A stretch of 64,000 nucleotides of DNA from Chiloscyllium plagiosum (taxonomy: Eukaryota), in contig NC_057711.1 in assembly GCF_004010195.1 (NCBI RefSeq), forward strand, positions 82,155,450-82,219,449, read 5' to 3'. The position numbers and the translations under genes were made by a program. Below the pieces are notes generated by a model. It did not search any database, had not been told where the DNA came from, and saw only the letters and a program-made list of their open reading frames with translations. This document shows, piece after piece, positions 1 through 10,661 of this stretch (position 1 is its first letter; each line of letters opens with the position of its first letter).

Positions 1-540
1 CTTTTCCACAGGAAATACTGATGCCAAAATATTCATTTAGTATCTCCCCCATTTTCTGTGGCTCCACACAAAGGCCGCCTTGCTGATCTTTGAGGGGCCC
101 TAGTCTCTCCCTAGTTACCCTTTTGTCCTTAATGTATTTGTAAAAACCCTTTAGATTCTGCTTAACTCTATTTGCCAAAGCTATCTCATGTCCCCTTTTT
201 GCCCTCGTGATTTCCCTCTTAAGTATACTCCTACTTCCTTTATACTCTTCTAAGGATTCACTCGATCTATCCTGTCTATACCTTACATATGCTTCCTTCT
301 TTTTCTTAACCAAACCCTCAATTTCTTTAGTCATCCAGTATTCCCTATACCTACCAACCTTTCCTTTCACCCTGACAGGAACATACTTTTTCTGGATTCT
401 CATTATCTCAATTCTGAAGGTTTCCTATTTTCCAGCCATCCCATTACCTGCGAACATCTGCCCCCAATCAGTTTTCGAAAGTTCTTGCCTAATACTGTCA
501 AAATTGGCCTTTCTCCAATTTAGAACTTCAACTTTTAGAT
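1..540 (-). mobile_element. CR1 LINE ORF2 fragment (region between endonuclease and RT), runs off the window edge
   Basis: Reverse complement closely matches the CR1 copy at about 54460-54990 (WMTKEIEGLV.KKKEAYVRYRQ region). Confidence 0.88.
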
Positions 541-846
541 CAGATTACTTACAGTGTGGAAACAGGCCCTTCAGCCGAACAAGTCCACACCGACCTGGCG
601 AAGCGCAACCCACCCATACCCCTACATTTACCCCTTACCTAACACTACAGGCAATTTAGCATGGCAAATTTACCTGACCTGCACATCTTTGGACTGTGGG
701 AGGAAACCGGAGCACCCGGAGGAAACCCACGCAGACACGGGGAGAACGTGCAAACTCCACTTAGTCAATCGCCTGAGTCGGGAATTGAACCCGGGTCTCT
801 GGCGCTGTGAGGCAGCAGTGCTAACCATTGTGCCACCGTGCTGCCC
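541..846 (-). mobile_element. HE1-type (V-domain, tRNA-derived) SINE, full length, low divergence
   Basis: Head with A box (TGGCACAATGG) and B box (GGTTCAATTCC), central domain GGAGTTTGCAC.TTCTCCCCGTGTCTGCGTGGGTTTCCTCCGGGTGCTCCGG, CR1-like tail; closely similar to 61781-62093. Confidence 0.92.
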
Positions 847-1329
847 ACCACGGAGTTGCAAATGGTGATGAACATTCTAAGACTTGTTTCGGAAAAGAAG
901 GGCTTTTTTTTAATTGAAGCAATCAATTTATTTGAGAACAACCATAATCCAGATTTAGCCAATGTTTCGAAAAAGACTATGCATATGGTATTGAATTGGT
1001 AAAAGAAATGGTGAAAGCAGATTATTTTTATTGCTATTGTTCATACTGCTTACAAAACCATGTCCTTTCATAGCTGGATAAGAGAAATCCGAGCTAAATT
1101 AACTGCTGGCAATTATGCAAAGAATAGTATTAGACTAAAGATGTGATTTTACAAGTACAATGTCATGGACATCAGCTGCACTCCACATCAGCAAGACAAA
1201 TTCATTCAATTAATACTTGATTACCTTTTTTTAACTTGTGTTTTGAAATCCTGCGGCATTTTGTAGCAAAATTACATGCAGTTGTTATTTAGGGTTCTTT
1301 GAATGAACGATGGGCAATTAATACTCTAT

Positions 1330-4310
1330 TTAGAATCAGAGAGAGTCAGAGTCCGACAGCACAGAGACAGCCCCTTTGATCCAAACTGGTCCATGCAGAC
1401 CAAAATGTCCATCAACGCTAATGCCATTTCCCTTCACATGGCCTATGTCCTTCTAATCCTTTCCTATCCATGTACTTGTCCAAATGTTGTTAAATGTTGT
1501 TATGTACCTGCCTCAACCACTTCTGCTGCCAGCACATTCCATTTGCGTACCACCCTCTGTGTAAAAATGATGACCCTCAGGTTCCCTTTTATTCTTTCCC
1601 CTCTAAACTGATGCCCTCTAGTCCTTGGTTCCTTTATTGCCCTGTCTACCTGTAACTCCACTTTCAGAGAAATGCGAACCTGAACTCCAAGATCCTTCTG
1701 TCCAACTATACTCCTTAAGTCCCTACCATTCACCATGAAACTCCTGCCTTGATTTGACTTTCCAAAATGCAAGCCCTCACACTTGTCTACATTAAACTCC
1801 ATTTGCCATTTCTCGGCCCACTCCCCCAGCTGATCGAGGTCCCGCTGCAATTTCTGATAACCTTCCTCACTGTCCATGATACCACGTATTTTAGTGTCAT
1901 CACAAACTTACTAATCATGCCTTGTACATTCTCATCCAAATCATTGACATAGATAACAAACAGTAATGGGTCCAGCCACTGACCCCTGAGACACTCCACT
2001 AGTCACAGGCCTCCAGTCTGACAAGCATCCTTCCATTATTACCCACTGCTTCCTACCATAAAGCTAATTTTGTATCCAGCTCCCCCTGGATTCCATGCAA
2101 TCTAACCTTCCAGAGCAGACTACCATATGGAACCTTATCAAAGGCCTTCCTGAAATCCACATAGACTACATCTCCCACCCTGCCCTCATCAATGTTCTTG
2201 GTCACTTCACCAAAAAGCTAACAAATTTGTTAAGCATGATCTCCCATTCACAAAGCCATGCTGACTATTCCTAATCAAACCCTATCTTTCCAAATGCATG
2301 TATATCTTATCCCTCAGTATCTTCTCAAGTAACTTTCCCACTACAGATGTTACGCTTACTGGTCTATAGTTCCCAGGCTTTTCTTTGCAGCCCTTCTTGA
2401 ATAATGGCACAACATTCACTACCTTCCAGTCTTCCGGGACCTCACCTGTGGCTAATGACGATGCAAAAATATCAGCCAGCGGCCCTCCAATTTTTTTCTC
2501 TAGCCTCTTGCAGTGTTATTGGATATATCTGGTCAGGACCAGGAGATTTATCCACCTTCATACATTCTAATACATCCAGCACCTTCTATATTGCCCCCAA
2601 GATATCACCACTAACTTCCCCAAGTTCCTAAGTCTTCAGGTCTTTCTCCATAGTAACCAGAGAGGAGAAATATTCATTGAGAACTTCGCCCATGTCCACT
2701 TTCATCCTTGAGGGGCCCTATTATCTCTCTAGTTATTCTTTTTCCTTTAATATACTTAAAGTACCTCTTTGGATTCAACCTAATCTTCTCAGCCAAGGAT
2801 ATCTTATGCCCCTTTTTCACCCTCCTGATTTTCTTCTTCAGTAAACTCCTGTATACCTCTCGGGATTCCTTAGATCCCAGTTGCCTGTACCTGAGCCACG
2901 CCTCCTTTTTTCTGGTCAAAGCCTAAATATACCTTGTCATCCAGGGTTCCCTATTCCTGCCTACCTTGCCCTTCACTCTCACTATAAACTATAAACCTTG
3001 AACTTTAGCTGTCTCACTTTTAAAGGCATCCCACTTAACGGAGCTCCCTTTGCCTACAAACTACCCCAATCAAGTCCTGCAACCCCCTGTCTAATTCCAT
3101 CAAAATTTGTCTTGCTCCAGTTTAGAACTTGAGCCTGTGGACCATGTCTGCCCCTCTCCATAACTATTTTAAAATTAATAGAACTATGGTCACTGGTACC
3201 AAAGTGCTCCACCACTGTCACCTCCGACACTTGTCCTACCCTATTTCCCAAGAGTAGATTGAGTTTTGTCCCTTCCCAAGTAGGACCCACTATATACTGC
3301 TTGAGAAAATGCACTTAACAAATTCCACCCCATCTAAGCCCTTAATGCTCTGGCAGTCCCAGTTTATATTAAGTAAATTAAAATCCCCTCCTCTGACAAC
3401 CCTATTGCTCCTGCAAGTCTCCCCAGTCTCCCTGCATATTTGTTCCTCTAATTCCCATCAACTATTTGTGGACCTATAGTACAATCCCAATAATGTCACT
3501 ATCCTCTTCTTGTTTCTTAGCTCCATCCACAAAGCCTCACTGGGTGATCCTTCAGTTATTTCATCTCTGACCACTGCTGTGATACTCGTCTTATCAAAAA
3601 TGCAACTCTCCCTCCCCTCCTTCAACCATCTCTGTTCCGCCTAAAGCACCTGTACTCTGGCACATTAAGTTACCAGTCCTGTCCCTCCGTTAGCCATGTT
3701 TCTGTAATGGCTATGATATCCCAGTCCCACGCCCTGAGTTCATCAGCCTTACCCGTCAGCCCTCATGCATTGAAAAAAATGCAATTTTATCCAACAGGCA
3801 TTCCTTGCTCCCTGTCATTTTCCAGCCTGGCCTGTCTCTTCAACTTATTATTTCTGATTACTGTATTTCCTTCAAGTCTTGCACTTACCTCCCTGCTGTT
3901 GAGGATTCCAAACCCCTGTCAATCTAGTTTAAACCCTCCCTTGCAGCACGAGCAAACCTGGCCGTCAAGATATTCATCCCCCTCTAGTTCGACCTGTCCC
4001 TCTTGAACAGATCACCTTTGCCCCAGAAAAGATCCCAATGATCTAAAAATCTGAATCCCTGCCACCTGCACCAATTCTTTAGCCACACATTCATCTGCCA
4101 TATCCTCCTGTTCTTACCCTCACTACCACATGGCACTGGCAGTAATCCAGAGATTATCACCAGTGAGGTCCTGGTTTGTAACTTTTTTCTTAGCTCTCTA
4201 ATAATCACTATGCAGGACCTCATCCCTATTTCTATCTATGTCAATTGTGCCAATGTGCACAATGACTTCTGGCTGCTCCCCCTCCCCCTTAAGAACGTTC
4301 TGCAGCCACT
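1330..4310 (-). mobile_element. CR1 LINE from ORF1 esterase C-terminus to 3' tail, internally deleted and frameshifted
   Basis: ORF fragments VIISGLLPVP...FRFLDHWDLFW (ORF1), GTSDHSSI (endonuclease), PLLFVIYVNDLD and WAEKWQMEFNVDKC (RT region); deletion near 1630. Confidence 0.9.
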
Positions 4311-4532
4311 CTGATAAAAGCAACAGGAGAAAAAAATTTAACAAAGGGAAGGTTTAAAGGGGAGGAAAATTAATGATTTTATGCTTGCAGATCTCATTTG
4401 GCACTGCCTACAGTGAATTGTCAGACCTGCTGTTTTACAACAATAGGGTCATTATCAAAAAATTTAAAGGAAGCAATGCTCCAGAAAATATGGTTATCAC
4501 TGACTCAGTGGTGGCTATCTATCAGAACATCA

Positions 4533-4860
4533 TGGGTTTTTTCATGCGATGTGGGTGTCACTGGCCAGGCCAGTATTTATTACCCATCCCTATATGTGTC
4601 AACTGCATTGCTGTGGGTCTGGGGTCACATGTAGGTCAGACTAGGCAAGGAAGGCAGTTTCCTTGCCTAAAGTACACTAGTGAACCAAAAGGGGTTTTCC
4701 AACAATTGGCAATGATTTCATGGACACCATTAGACTCCTAATTCCAGATATTTTATTAAATTCAAATTCCACAAAACTGCCCATGGCAGGATTCAAACCC
4801 AGGTCCCCAGAACATTACCAGGGTCTCTGGATTCATAGGCTAATGATAATATCCCCATAA
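4533..4860 (-). mobile_element. tRNA-derived shark SINE of a second family, sharing its 3' tail with the LINE at 4998-5447
   Basis: B-box-like GGTTTGAATCC on minus; tail GGGATGGGTAATAAATACTGGCC...CCCACATC; related copies at about 28980/31825 and 38860. Confidence 0.65.
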
Positions 4861-4861
4861 G

Positions 4862-5645
4862 CCACATTCCAGAGACTTAAACACAAAAACTGAGCTGATA
4901 CTTCAGTGCCAAGGGAGTGCAGTACTTTAAACTTGCCCTCTTTTAGACAAATATCGAACCAAAACCCTGAGTGCATGCTCAAGTGGATGTAAGATCCAAC
5001 AAAATTGAAAGAGCTTGACATGATCCAGGACAAAGGAATCCCCATTTGATTAGCAATATATGCACAGACATCCACTCCCTCCAGTAGCAACAATCTACTA
5101 TCTACAAGATACATTGTAAACATTCGCCAAAGATCCTTAGACAGCACCTTGAAAACGCTCCGCTTCCATTTCGAAGCAAGAGGACAGCAAATTCATGAGA
5201 ACACTACTATCTGCAGTTCCCCACCAAGCCACTCACCATTCTGACTTGGAAATATATCGCTGTTCCTTCACTGTCACTGGGTCAAAATCCTGGAATTCCC
5301 TCCCTAAGAGCATCGTGGATCAACTTGCAGCACATGGACTGCGGCTGTTCAAGAAGACAGCTCACCACCACCTTCACCAGGGTAACAACGTCCAGGGAAT
5401 AAATGATCAGCCAGTGACATACACATCATACAATTTAATTTAAAAAAGACATGATATTATTTGAAGAACATTTTAACTTTCTTTTGAGTCCTGGACAACA
5501 TTTATCCCATAATGAACCTCACTTAAACTAATTATCTAATCATTCATCTTACTGGTGCAACTGAGCCTTTTTGTGTGCAGTATTTCATACTTTATAACAG
5601 CGACTGCAGTTCAAAAATACTTTGTTGGGTGCAAACATTTTGGAG
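4862..5645 (+). mobile_element. Deu-domain SINE (SacSINE1/AmnSINE-like), split by a LINE 3' fragment
   Basis: 4862-4997 (ccagagactt...ctcaagtggatgtaagatcc) and about 5449-5645 (gtcctggacaacatttatccc...ttcaaaaatactt) resemble the two halves of the Deu-SINE consensus as I recall it. Confidence 0.62.
4998..5447 (+). mobile_element. 3' end of a CR1/L2-group LINE (second family)
   Basis: Encodes ..SFTVTGSKSWNSLP..GL..FKK.AHHHL; followed by AATAAA and an A-rich tail; same family at 40340-40570, 62230-62365 and 63287-63720. Confidence 0.7.
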
Positions 5646-5659
5646 AAGGCCATTCTATG

Positions 5660-6120
5660 TTGAATGGTTATAAGCTAGGACTCGAGATTGGACAAGATAG
5701 GATTTTTTTCTTTAGAGCATAGGAAACTGAGGGGGGGGGGGGATTGGAATCTGAGAGAAGTCTATAAGATCATGAAAGGTATGGATAGGGTGAATGCACT
5801 GCCTTTTTCCCAGTTTTGGGGAATCAAGGACTAGAGTGCATCAGTTTGCAGTTAGAGGGGAAAGAATAAAATGGAACCTGAGAAGCAACTTTCTTTTCAC
5901 AGAGGGGAATAGCAAATGGAAAGAGCTGCCAGTGGAAGTGGTAGAGGTGGGTACATTAATAGCATTTAAAAGGCATTTGGAAAAGTATGTGGCTAGGAAA
6001 GGTTCAGAAGTTTATGGGCCAAGTACAGGTAAATGGCATTAGTGTGGATGGACATTTTGATTGGTATGGACTAGTTTGGGCCAAAGGGCCTGTCTCTTGT
6101 TTTGTAGGACTCTATGACCA
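5660..6120 (+). mobile_element. CR1 LINE 3' end
   Basis: ESRTR.HQF.VRGE...WKELPVEVVEVGT..FKRHL and the CR1 tail gggcctgt...ctctatga. Confidence 0.88.
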
Positions 6121-6189
6121 TGGAAACCACAATCTAAAGGGAAATTCTTTCTAACAAGCAATGGAAGAAAATTAGAAGCAATCCCTTTG

Positions 6190-6960
6190 AATTGAGGATG
6201 ATGTTCTCTGACATCTATGTTATGGATCCTAAGGTTACTAAATGGTCCAATACTGGATCTGCACACTAGGCCATAGGTGAGCAAGGTTGATTGGTGGGAT
6301 GTTTACATTTCTGCACGTTGTTGTGTTTGCACTTGATCTATGTCTGGGCATGTTAGAGACTGTGAAAATGCTGTGCACCTTCATGAATGCTTTTCCATCA
6401 TTTTGTGTGGCCCTGGGCTAAAAATGCCCACACAAGTAAGTGGGGATATTGCATATTTTCAGGTAGGCTTTCAGGACACTTTGAATTATATCTCAGCCCT
6501 CCTGGTAAACAATTTCTATGAAGCTCAGAGTGCACAGCTTGTTCTAGAGGTCTTGTGTCAAGCACGTGTAGCCCATCCAATGCAGCTCATTGGCAGGAAA
6601 TAGAAACCTGAGAGAGGACACTTGATATTAGAGTGGCAGCCTGGCAGTGGATTTTGAGGAGATACTGTTGGTGATACTTCACAATGGATTTGAAGTTTAT
6701 AGCCCATGTCTCCAACATTTACAGGAGGGCTGGTAAAACTGCTGTTATCAAACACTCTGATCACCAAAAGGCCAAAGTTTGTGCTGGCACAGTGGTTGAG
6801 GAAATTATCCATATTTTCCAGTACCTCACCATGAATCTTGATAGTAGGAGTGCAATATTGAGTGGTAGGAGAAGACCGATAGAGGACTTTTGTCTTTCAG
6901 CTATTTAGCCTAAAGCCAATTCTCTTGCATGCTTCTGTGAATGCACCAACAACAGTTTGG
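6190..6960 (-). mobile_element. RTE-clade LINE 3' fragment, old
   Basis: Minus-strand translations VCRSSIGPFSNLRIH (RTE C-terminal CRSRIGL.SHLRTH-like) and DTRPLEQAVHSEL..PGG. Confidence 0.65.
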
Positions 6961-6984
6961 ACAAAAAAGAAGAAAGAACTGCAG

Positions 6985-7357
6985 ATAGAGTCAGAGAGAT
7001 GTTCAGCACGGAAACAGACCCTTTGGTCCAACTCATCCATGCCGACCAGATATCCTAACCTAATCTAGTCCCATTTGCCAGCACTTGGCCCATGTCCCTC
7101 TAAACCCTTCCTATTCATATACCCATCCAGATGCCTTTTAAATATTGTAATTGTACTAGTCTCCACCAATTCCTCTGGCAGCTCATCCCACACACACACC
7201 ATTTGTGTGAAAAAGTTGCCCTTTAGGTCCTTTTAAATCATTCCCTTCTCACCCTTAAACCTATGCCCTCTAGTTCTGACTCCCCTACCCCAGGGAAAAT
7301 ACCTTGTCTATTTACATTATCCATGCCCCTCATGATTTTACAAACCTCTATAAGGTC
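6985..7357 (-). mobile_element. CR1 LINE 3' end, inserted into a Penelope terminal-repeat remnant (about 6962-6985 and 7358-7421)
   Basis: Reverse complement of the CR1 tail seen at 37830-38200; the flanks join into the motif agaactgcagat...acagaaattgct.gaaaaactcagcaggtctggcagc. Confidence 0.85.
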
Positions 7358-7524
7358 AACAGAAATTGCTTGAAAAACTCAGCAGGTCTGGCAGCTTCAG
7401 ATCCAGTGACCCTTCTTCAGATCAATAGTTTGGAGTTCGGTCTCTGAACGAGTGCAAAAACAAGTATTGTCTGGACACTACAGCTCAACAACAAAGGCTG
7501 GGGTTATAGACTTGAGAAAATTTG

Positions 7525-7745
7525 ATCTGATTTGATTTATTTAGTGTCACGTGTACCTAAGTACAGTGAAAAGCTTTGTTTACAAGCAGTACAGGCAGCA
7601 GATAGTTAAGCAAGGACATAAAGAAAACAAGGTGGAAAAAAAACGTTGAGAGGCATGAAGATGTTCCTAAACCTCCTGGTGCATGTGTTCAAACTTCTGT
7701 TATCTTCTGCCTGATGGAAGAAGTTGTCGGAGAATATTACCAGCA
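7525..7745 (-). mobile_element. Rex1/Babar-like LINE 3' end
   Basis: Minus strand reads LLPSGRR / RSLNTCTRRFRNIF, a Rex1-type C-terminus, followed by an (ATCAA)-like tail. Confidence 0.6.
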
Positions 7746-7747
7746 TA

Positions 7748-8096
7748 AGAATAGAATCTCTACAGTGTGGAAGCAGGCCATTTGGCCCATCGAGTCTACA
7801 CTGACCCTCTGAAGAGCATCCCATCCAGACTTACCCCTCACCCTATCCCTGCATTCCCCCTTGGCTAATCCACCTAACCTACACACCCCTGGACACTATG
7901 GACAATTTAGCACAGCTAATCCACTTAATCTGCACATCTTTGGACTGTGGGATGAAACTGGAGTATCTGGAGGAAACCCATGCAGACACGAGGAGAGTGT
8001 GCAAACTCCACATAGACAGTCACCCAAGGATGGAATCATACCTGCGTCCATAGTGCTATGAGACAGTAATGCTAACCACTGAGCCATCATGCTATC
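7748..8096 (-). mobile_element. HE1-type SINE, older copy
   Basis: Same head, core and tail as 541-846, more diverged. Confidence 0.88.
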
Positions 8097-8179
8097 ACTA
8101 TGCTCTATGATTCTATTATTCTAGAATGTTCCCTTGATTTAGTACCATCTCCTGGAGGTCCTTCAGGACTATCATGCGG

Positions 8180-9708
8180 CACTGGAATAAGCACAGCAGG
8201 TCAGACAGCATCTGAAGAGCTGAAGACAGGACTGTCCAATGTAGTTTACAAAGAGGCAGACATAGCTGGGGCCCATCTGAGTGCCCACGAACACCTCTGG
8301 ATTCTCAGATGGGCACTTGAATGGGCCCCAACTACGCCCGACTTTTTGTTGGCTACAACAAACAGTTCGTCTTCAGTACCTTCACAGGAACTGTGCCCCA
8401 ACTCTTCCACTGTTACATCTATGACTGCATTGATACAGCATCCTGCAACCCAGGTTGAACTGGAGCAGCTCATTGACTTCGCCTACAATTTCCACCCTGC
8501 CCTCAAATTTACCTCCCTTCCCTTTCTTGACCTCTCCATTTCCATCTCCGGTGACAGTCTCCAGACAGATGTTTATTATAAATCCACAGACTCTCACAAT
8601 TACCTGGACTACACCTCCTCCCACCCAGTATCTTGCAAGAACTCCATCCTGTTCTCCAAGTTCCTCCACCTCTGTCATATCTGCTCAGATGAGGAGACAT
8701 TCCACTCCCAAGCATCCCAGATGTCGACCTAGTTTGAACAACGTGCTTTCCCTCCGCAGTCATCCAGACAGCCCTCTACAGCACCGCCTCCCCTCCCCGT
8801 TCCACTGCTCTAAACACCAACCCCCCCCTCCAAATGCAATAAAGACAGGGTCCCCTTTGTCCTCACCTACCATCCCACCAGTCTCCATGTCCAACGCATC
8901 ATCATTAAACAGTTCTGCCAACTCCAACTAGACCCCACCACCAAGAACATCTTCCCCTTTGCATCCCTCCCTGCCTTTCACAAGGACTGTTCCCTTCGCT
9001 AATCCTTGGTTTGCACTACTCTCCCCACCAACACCCCCAAACCCTCAGAGCCCCTCCATCCAGGGTCCTAAACAGTTCTTCCAGGTGATTCACTTACCTC
9101 TCCTCCAACCTAGTTTACTGTATCCGGTACTCCCAATGAGGTCTTCTCTACATCAGGGAGACCAAGCATAAACTAAGGGAACGTTTTGCTAAGCACCTCA
9201 GCCGAGCCTACAGGGGCTGCTTGGACCTCCTAATCACCACCCATTTTAATCCCCCTTCCCATACCCCTTCTGACATGACCATTCTTGGCCTCCTCCATTG
9301 CCACAACAAATCAGACTGCAAATTGAAAGAATACCTAAGTTTCTGCCTGGGCAGCCTCCATCCCCAAGGACTCAACATTGAGTTCTCCAATTTCAAATAA
9401 TCTCCCTTCCCATTACTGACTCCCTTCCTAGCAACTCCCACTCCCATTCCTCTCATCGACTCTTCCTCCTTGCCACCAACTGGATTCATTCCTCCCATGC
9501 ACCAACCAGGTCGTACCCTCTACCTGTGTTCACCTATCCCCACCTCACCACCCTCTCCCCCACCCCTTTATCTGCAGTTTCCCTTTAACCACCCCCTGTC
9601 CTGAAACATTGACTTCCCTACCTCCTGCTGCTGCCTGCCTTGCTGTGTTCTTCCAGCCTCCTCCTTGTCTACCTTGGATTCCAGCATCTGAGGGTTTTTT
9701 TTGTCTCT
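8180..9708 (+). mobile_element. Penelope-like element: RT C-terminal half, GIY-YIG endonuclease and terminal repeat, with an inverted 5' segment; disabled
   Basis: FHPALKFT, LPFLDL, VYYK.TDSHNYLDYTSSHP..CKNSI.FS.FL (PLE RT/thumb); NLVYCI...LLYI.ETK..L.ERF..H (GIY-YIG); about 8262-8290 is the reverse complement of about 8309-8336. Confidence 0.88.
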
Positions 9709-9823
9709 AATGAATTCAGTAGACAAGTCAGGCGGAACAATGAGGCTCGATTTTGGAGTACCAGTGGAATTAGTTGGTACACGGTGGTGAGGAAAAGCTG
9801 GAGCAATCTTTGAAGGAGAACCA

Positions 9824-10146
9824 GGCAGCACGGTGGCTCAGTGGTTAGCACTGCTGCCTCACAGTGCCAGAGACCTGGGTTCAATTCCCACCTTGGGCAA
9901 CTGTCTGTGTGGATTTTGTACATTCTCCCCGTGTCTGCGTGGGTTTCCTTCAGGTGCTCTGGCTTCCTCCCACAGTCCAAAGATGTGCAAGTTAGGTGAA
10001 TTGGCTATGCTAAATTGCCCGTAGTGTTACGTGCATTAGTCAGGGGTGAATGTAGAGGAATGGGTCTGGATGGGTTGCTCTTCAGAGGGTCGGTGTGGAC
10101 TTGTTTGGCCGAAGGGCCCGTTTCCACACTGTAGGGAATCTAATCT
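9824..10146 (+). mobile_element. HE1-type SINE about 340 bp upstream of the IDNK start codon
   Basis: GGCAGCACGGTGGCTCAGTGGTTAGCACTGC head, GGTTCAATTCC B box, core domain, AATCT tail. Confidence 0.92.
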
Positions 10147-10379
10147 TTAAAAAAACCAAGAGCTCCTACAGAACAAATAAAGGAGTTAGTCAAATACCCT
10201 GCTTGATAGTTACTCTGCAGATGAGCACGCATTGGTTTCGCACTACTATCCCTCTGTTGAAGGGTTTTACACTGATATTCGCAGCCATCTCTTGAGGAGA
10301 TATCTCCTGTCCCCCTAACAGCCTTCCACAGAGTCTTGCTGCATGCTGGGCTGGTTAATTTATTGCTGAAGTCAATCTG

Positions 10380-10484
10380 GAAGGACAGCGCAGGCGTGAG
10401 CGTGCAGTCTGGGTCCCGGAGATCTCGTGATATGTGAACGGGGATTCGGGGAAGGAGGCAGCGACGGGCGGAGGGACCCGGGAG
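10380..10484 (+). promoter_or_regulatory. Small CpG-rich promoter/5' UTR of IDNK
   Basis: Dense CpG/GC patch directly upstream of the ATG in an otherwise CpG-poor unique background; the TSS cannot be determined from sequence. Confidence 0.6.
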
Positions 10485-10522
10485 ATGATCCTCATCCTGA
10501 TGGGGGTCAGCGGCAGCGGCAA
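10485..10522 (+). CDS. IDNK: Gluconokinase coding exon 1 (MILILMGVSGSG plus first two bases of K), Walker A/P-loop start
   Basis: ATG at 10485 in a CpG-rich patch; translates to the gluconokinase N-terminal motif MGVSGSGK; donor AA|GTGAGG at 10523. Confidence 0.93.
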
Positions 10523-10526
10523 GTGA

Positions 10527-10590
10527 GGGAGTGGGAGTGGGAGTGGGAGTGGGAGTGGGAATGATAATGATAATGATAATGATAATGATA
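10527..10590. repeat. Compound microsatellite (GGGAGT)5-GGGA followed by (ATGATA)5 in IDNK intron 1
   Basis: Read directly: 10527-10560 and 10561-10590. Confidence 0.95.
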
Positions 10591-10630
10591 GGAAAGGTGA
10601 CAGGCTTTCATTATGTTCATTCTCTCCTAG

Positions 10631-10661
10631 GACCGCTGTGGGCTCATGTCTTGCAAATAAG
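10631..10661 (+). CDS. IDNK: Gluconokinase coding exon 2 ((K)TAVGSCLANK)
   Basis: Acceptor ttctctcctag|G and donor AAG|GTACGA; the first base completes the Lys codon, giving GSGKT-VG-LA. Confidence 0.92.

Noticed and set aside
554..868. Near-identical ORFs at 554..868 and 61801..62175 suggesting a duplicated small gene
   Set aside because: Antisense reading frames through HE1 SINE copies.
10527..10590. Regularly spaced repeats resembling a CRISPR or telomeric array
   Set aside because: Simple hexamer tandem repeats with no spacers; the unit is GGGAGT, not TTAGGG; vertebrate context.
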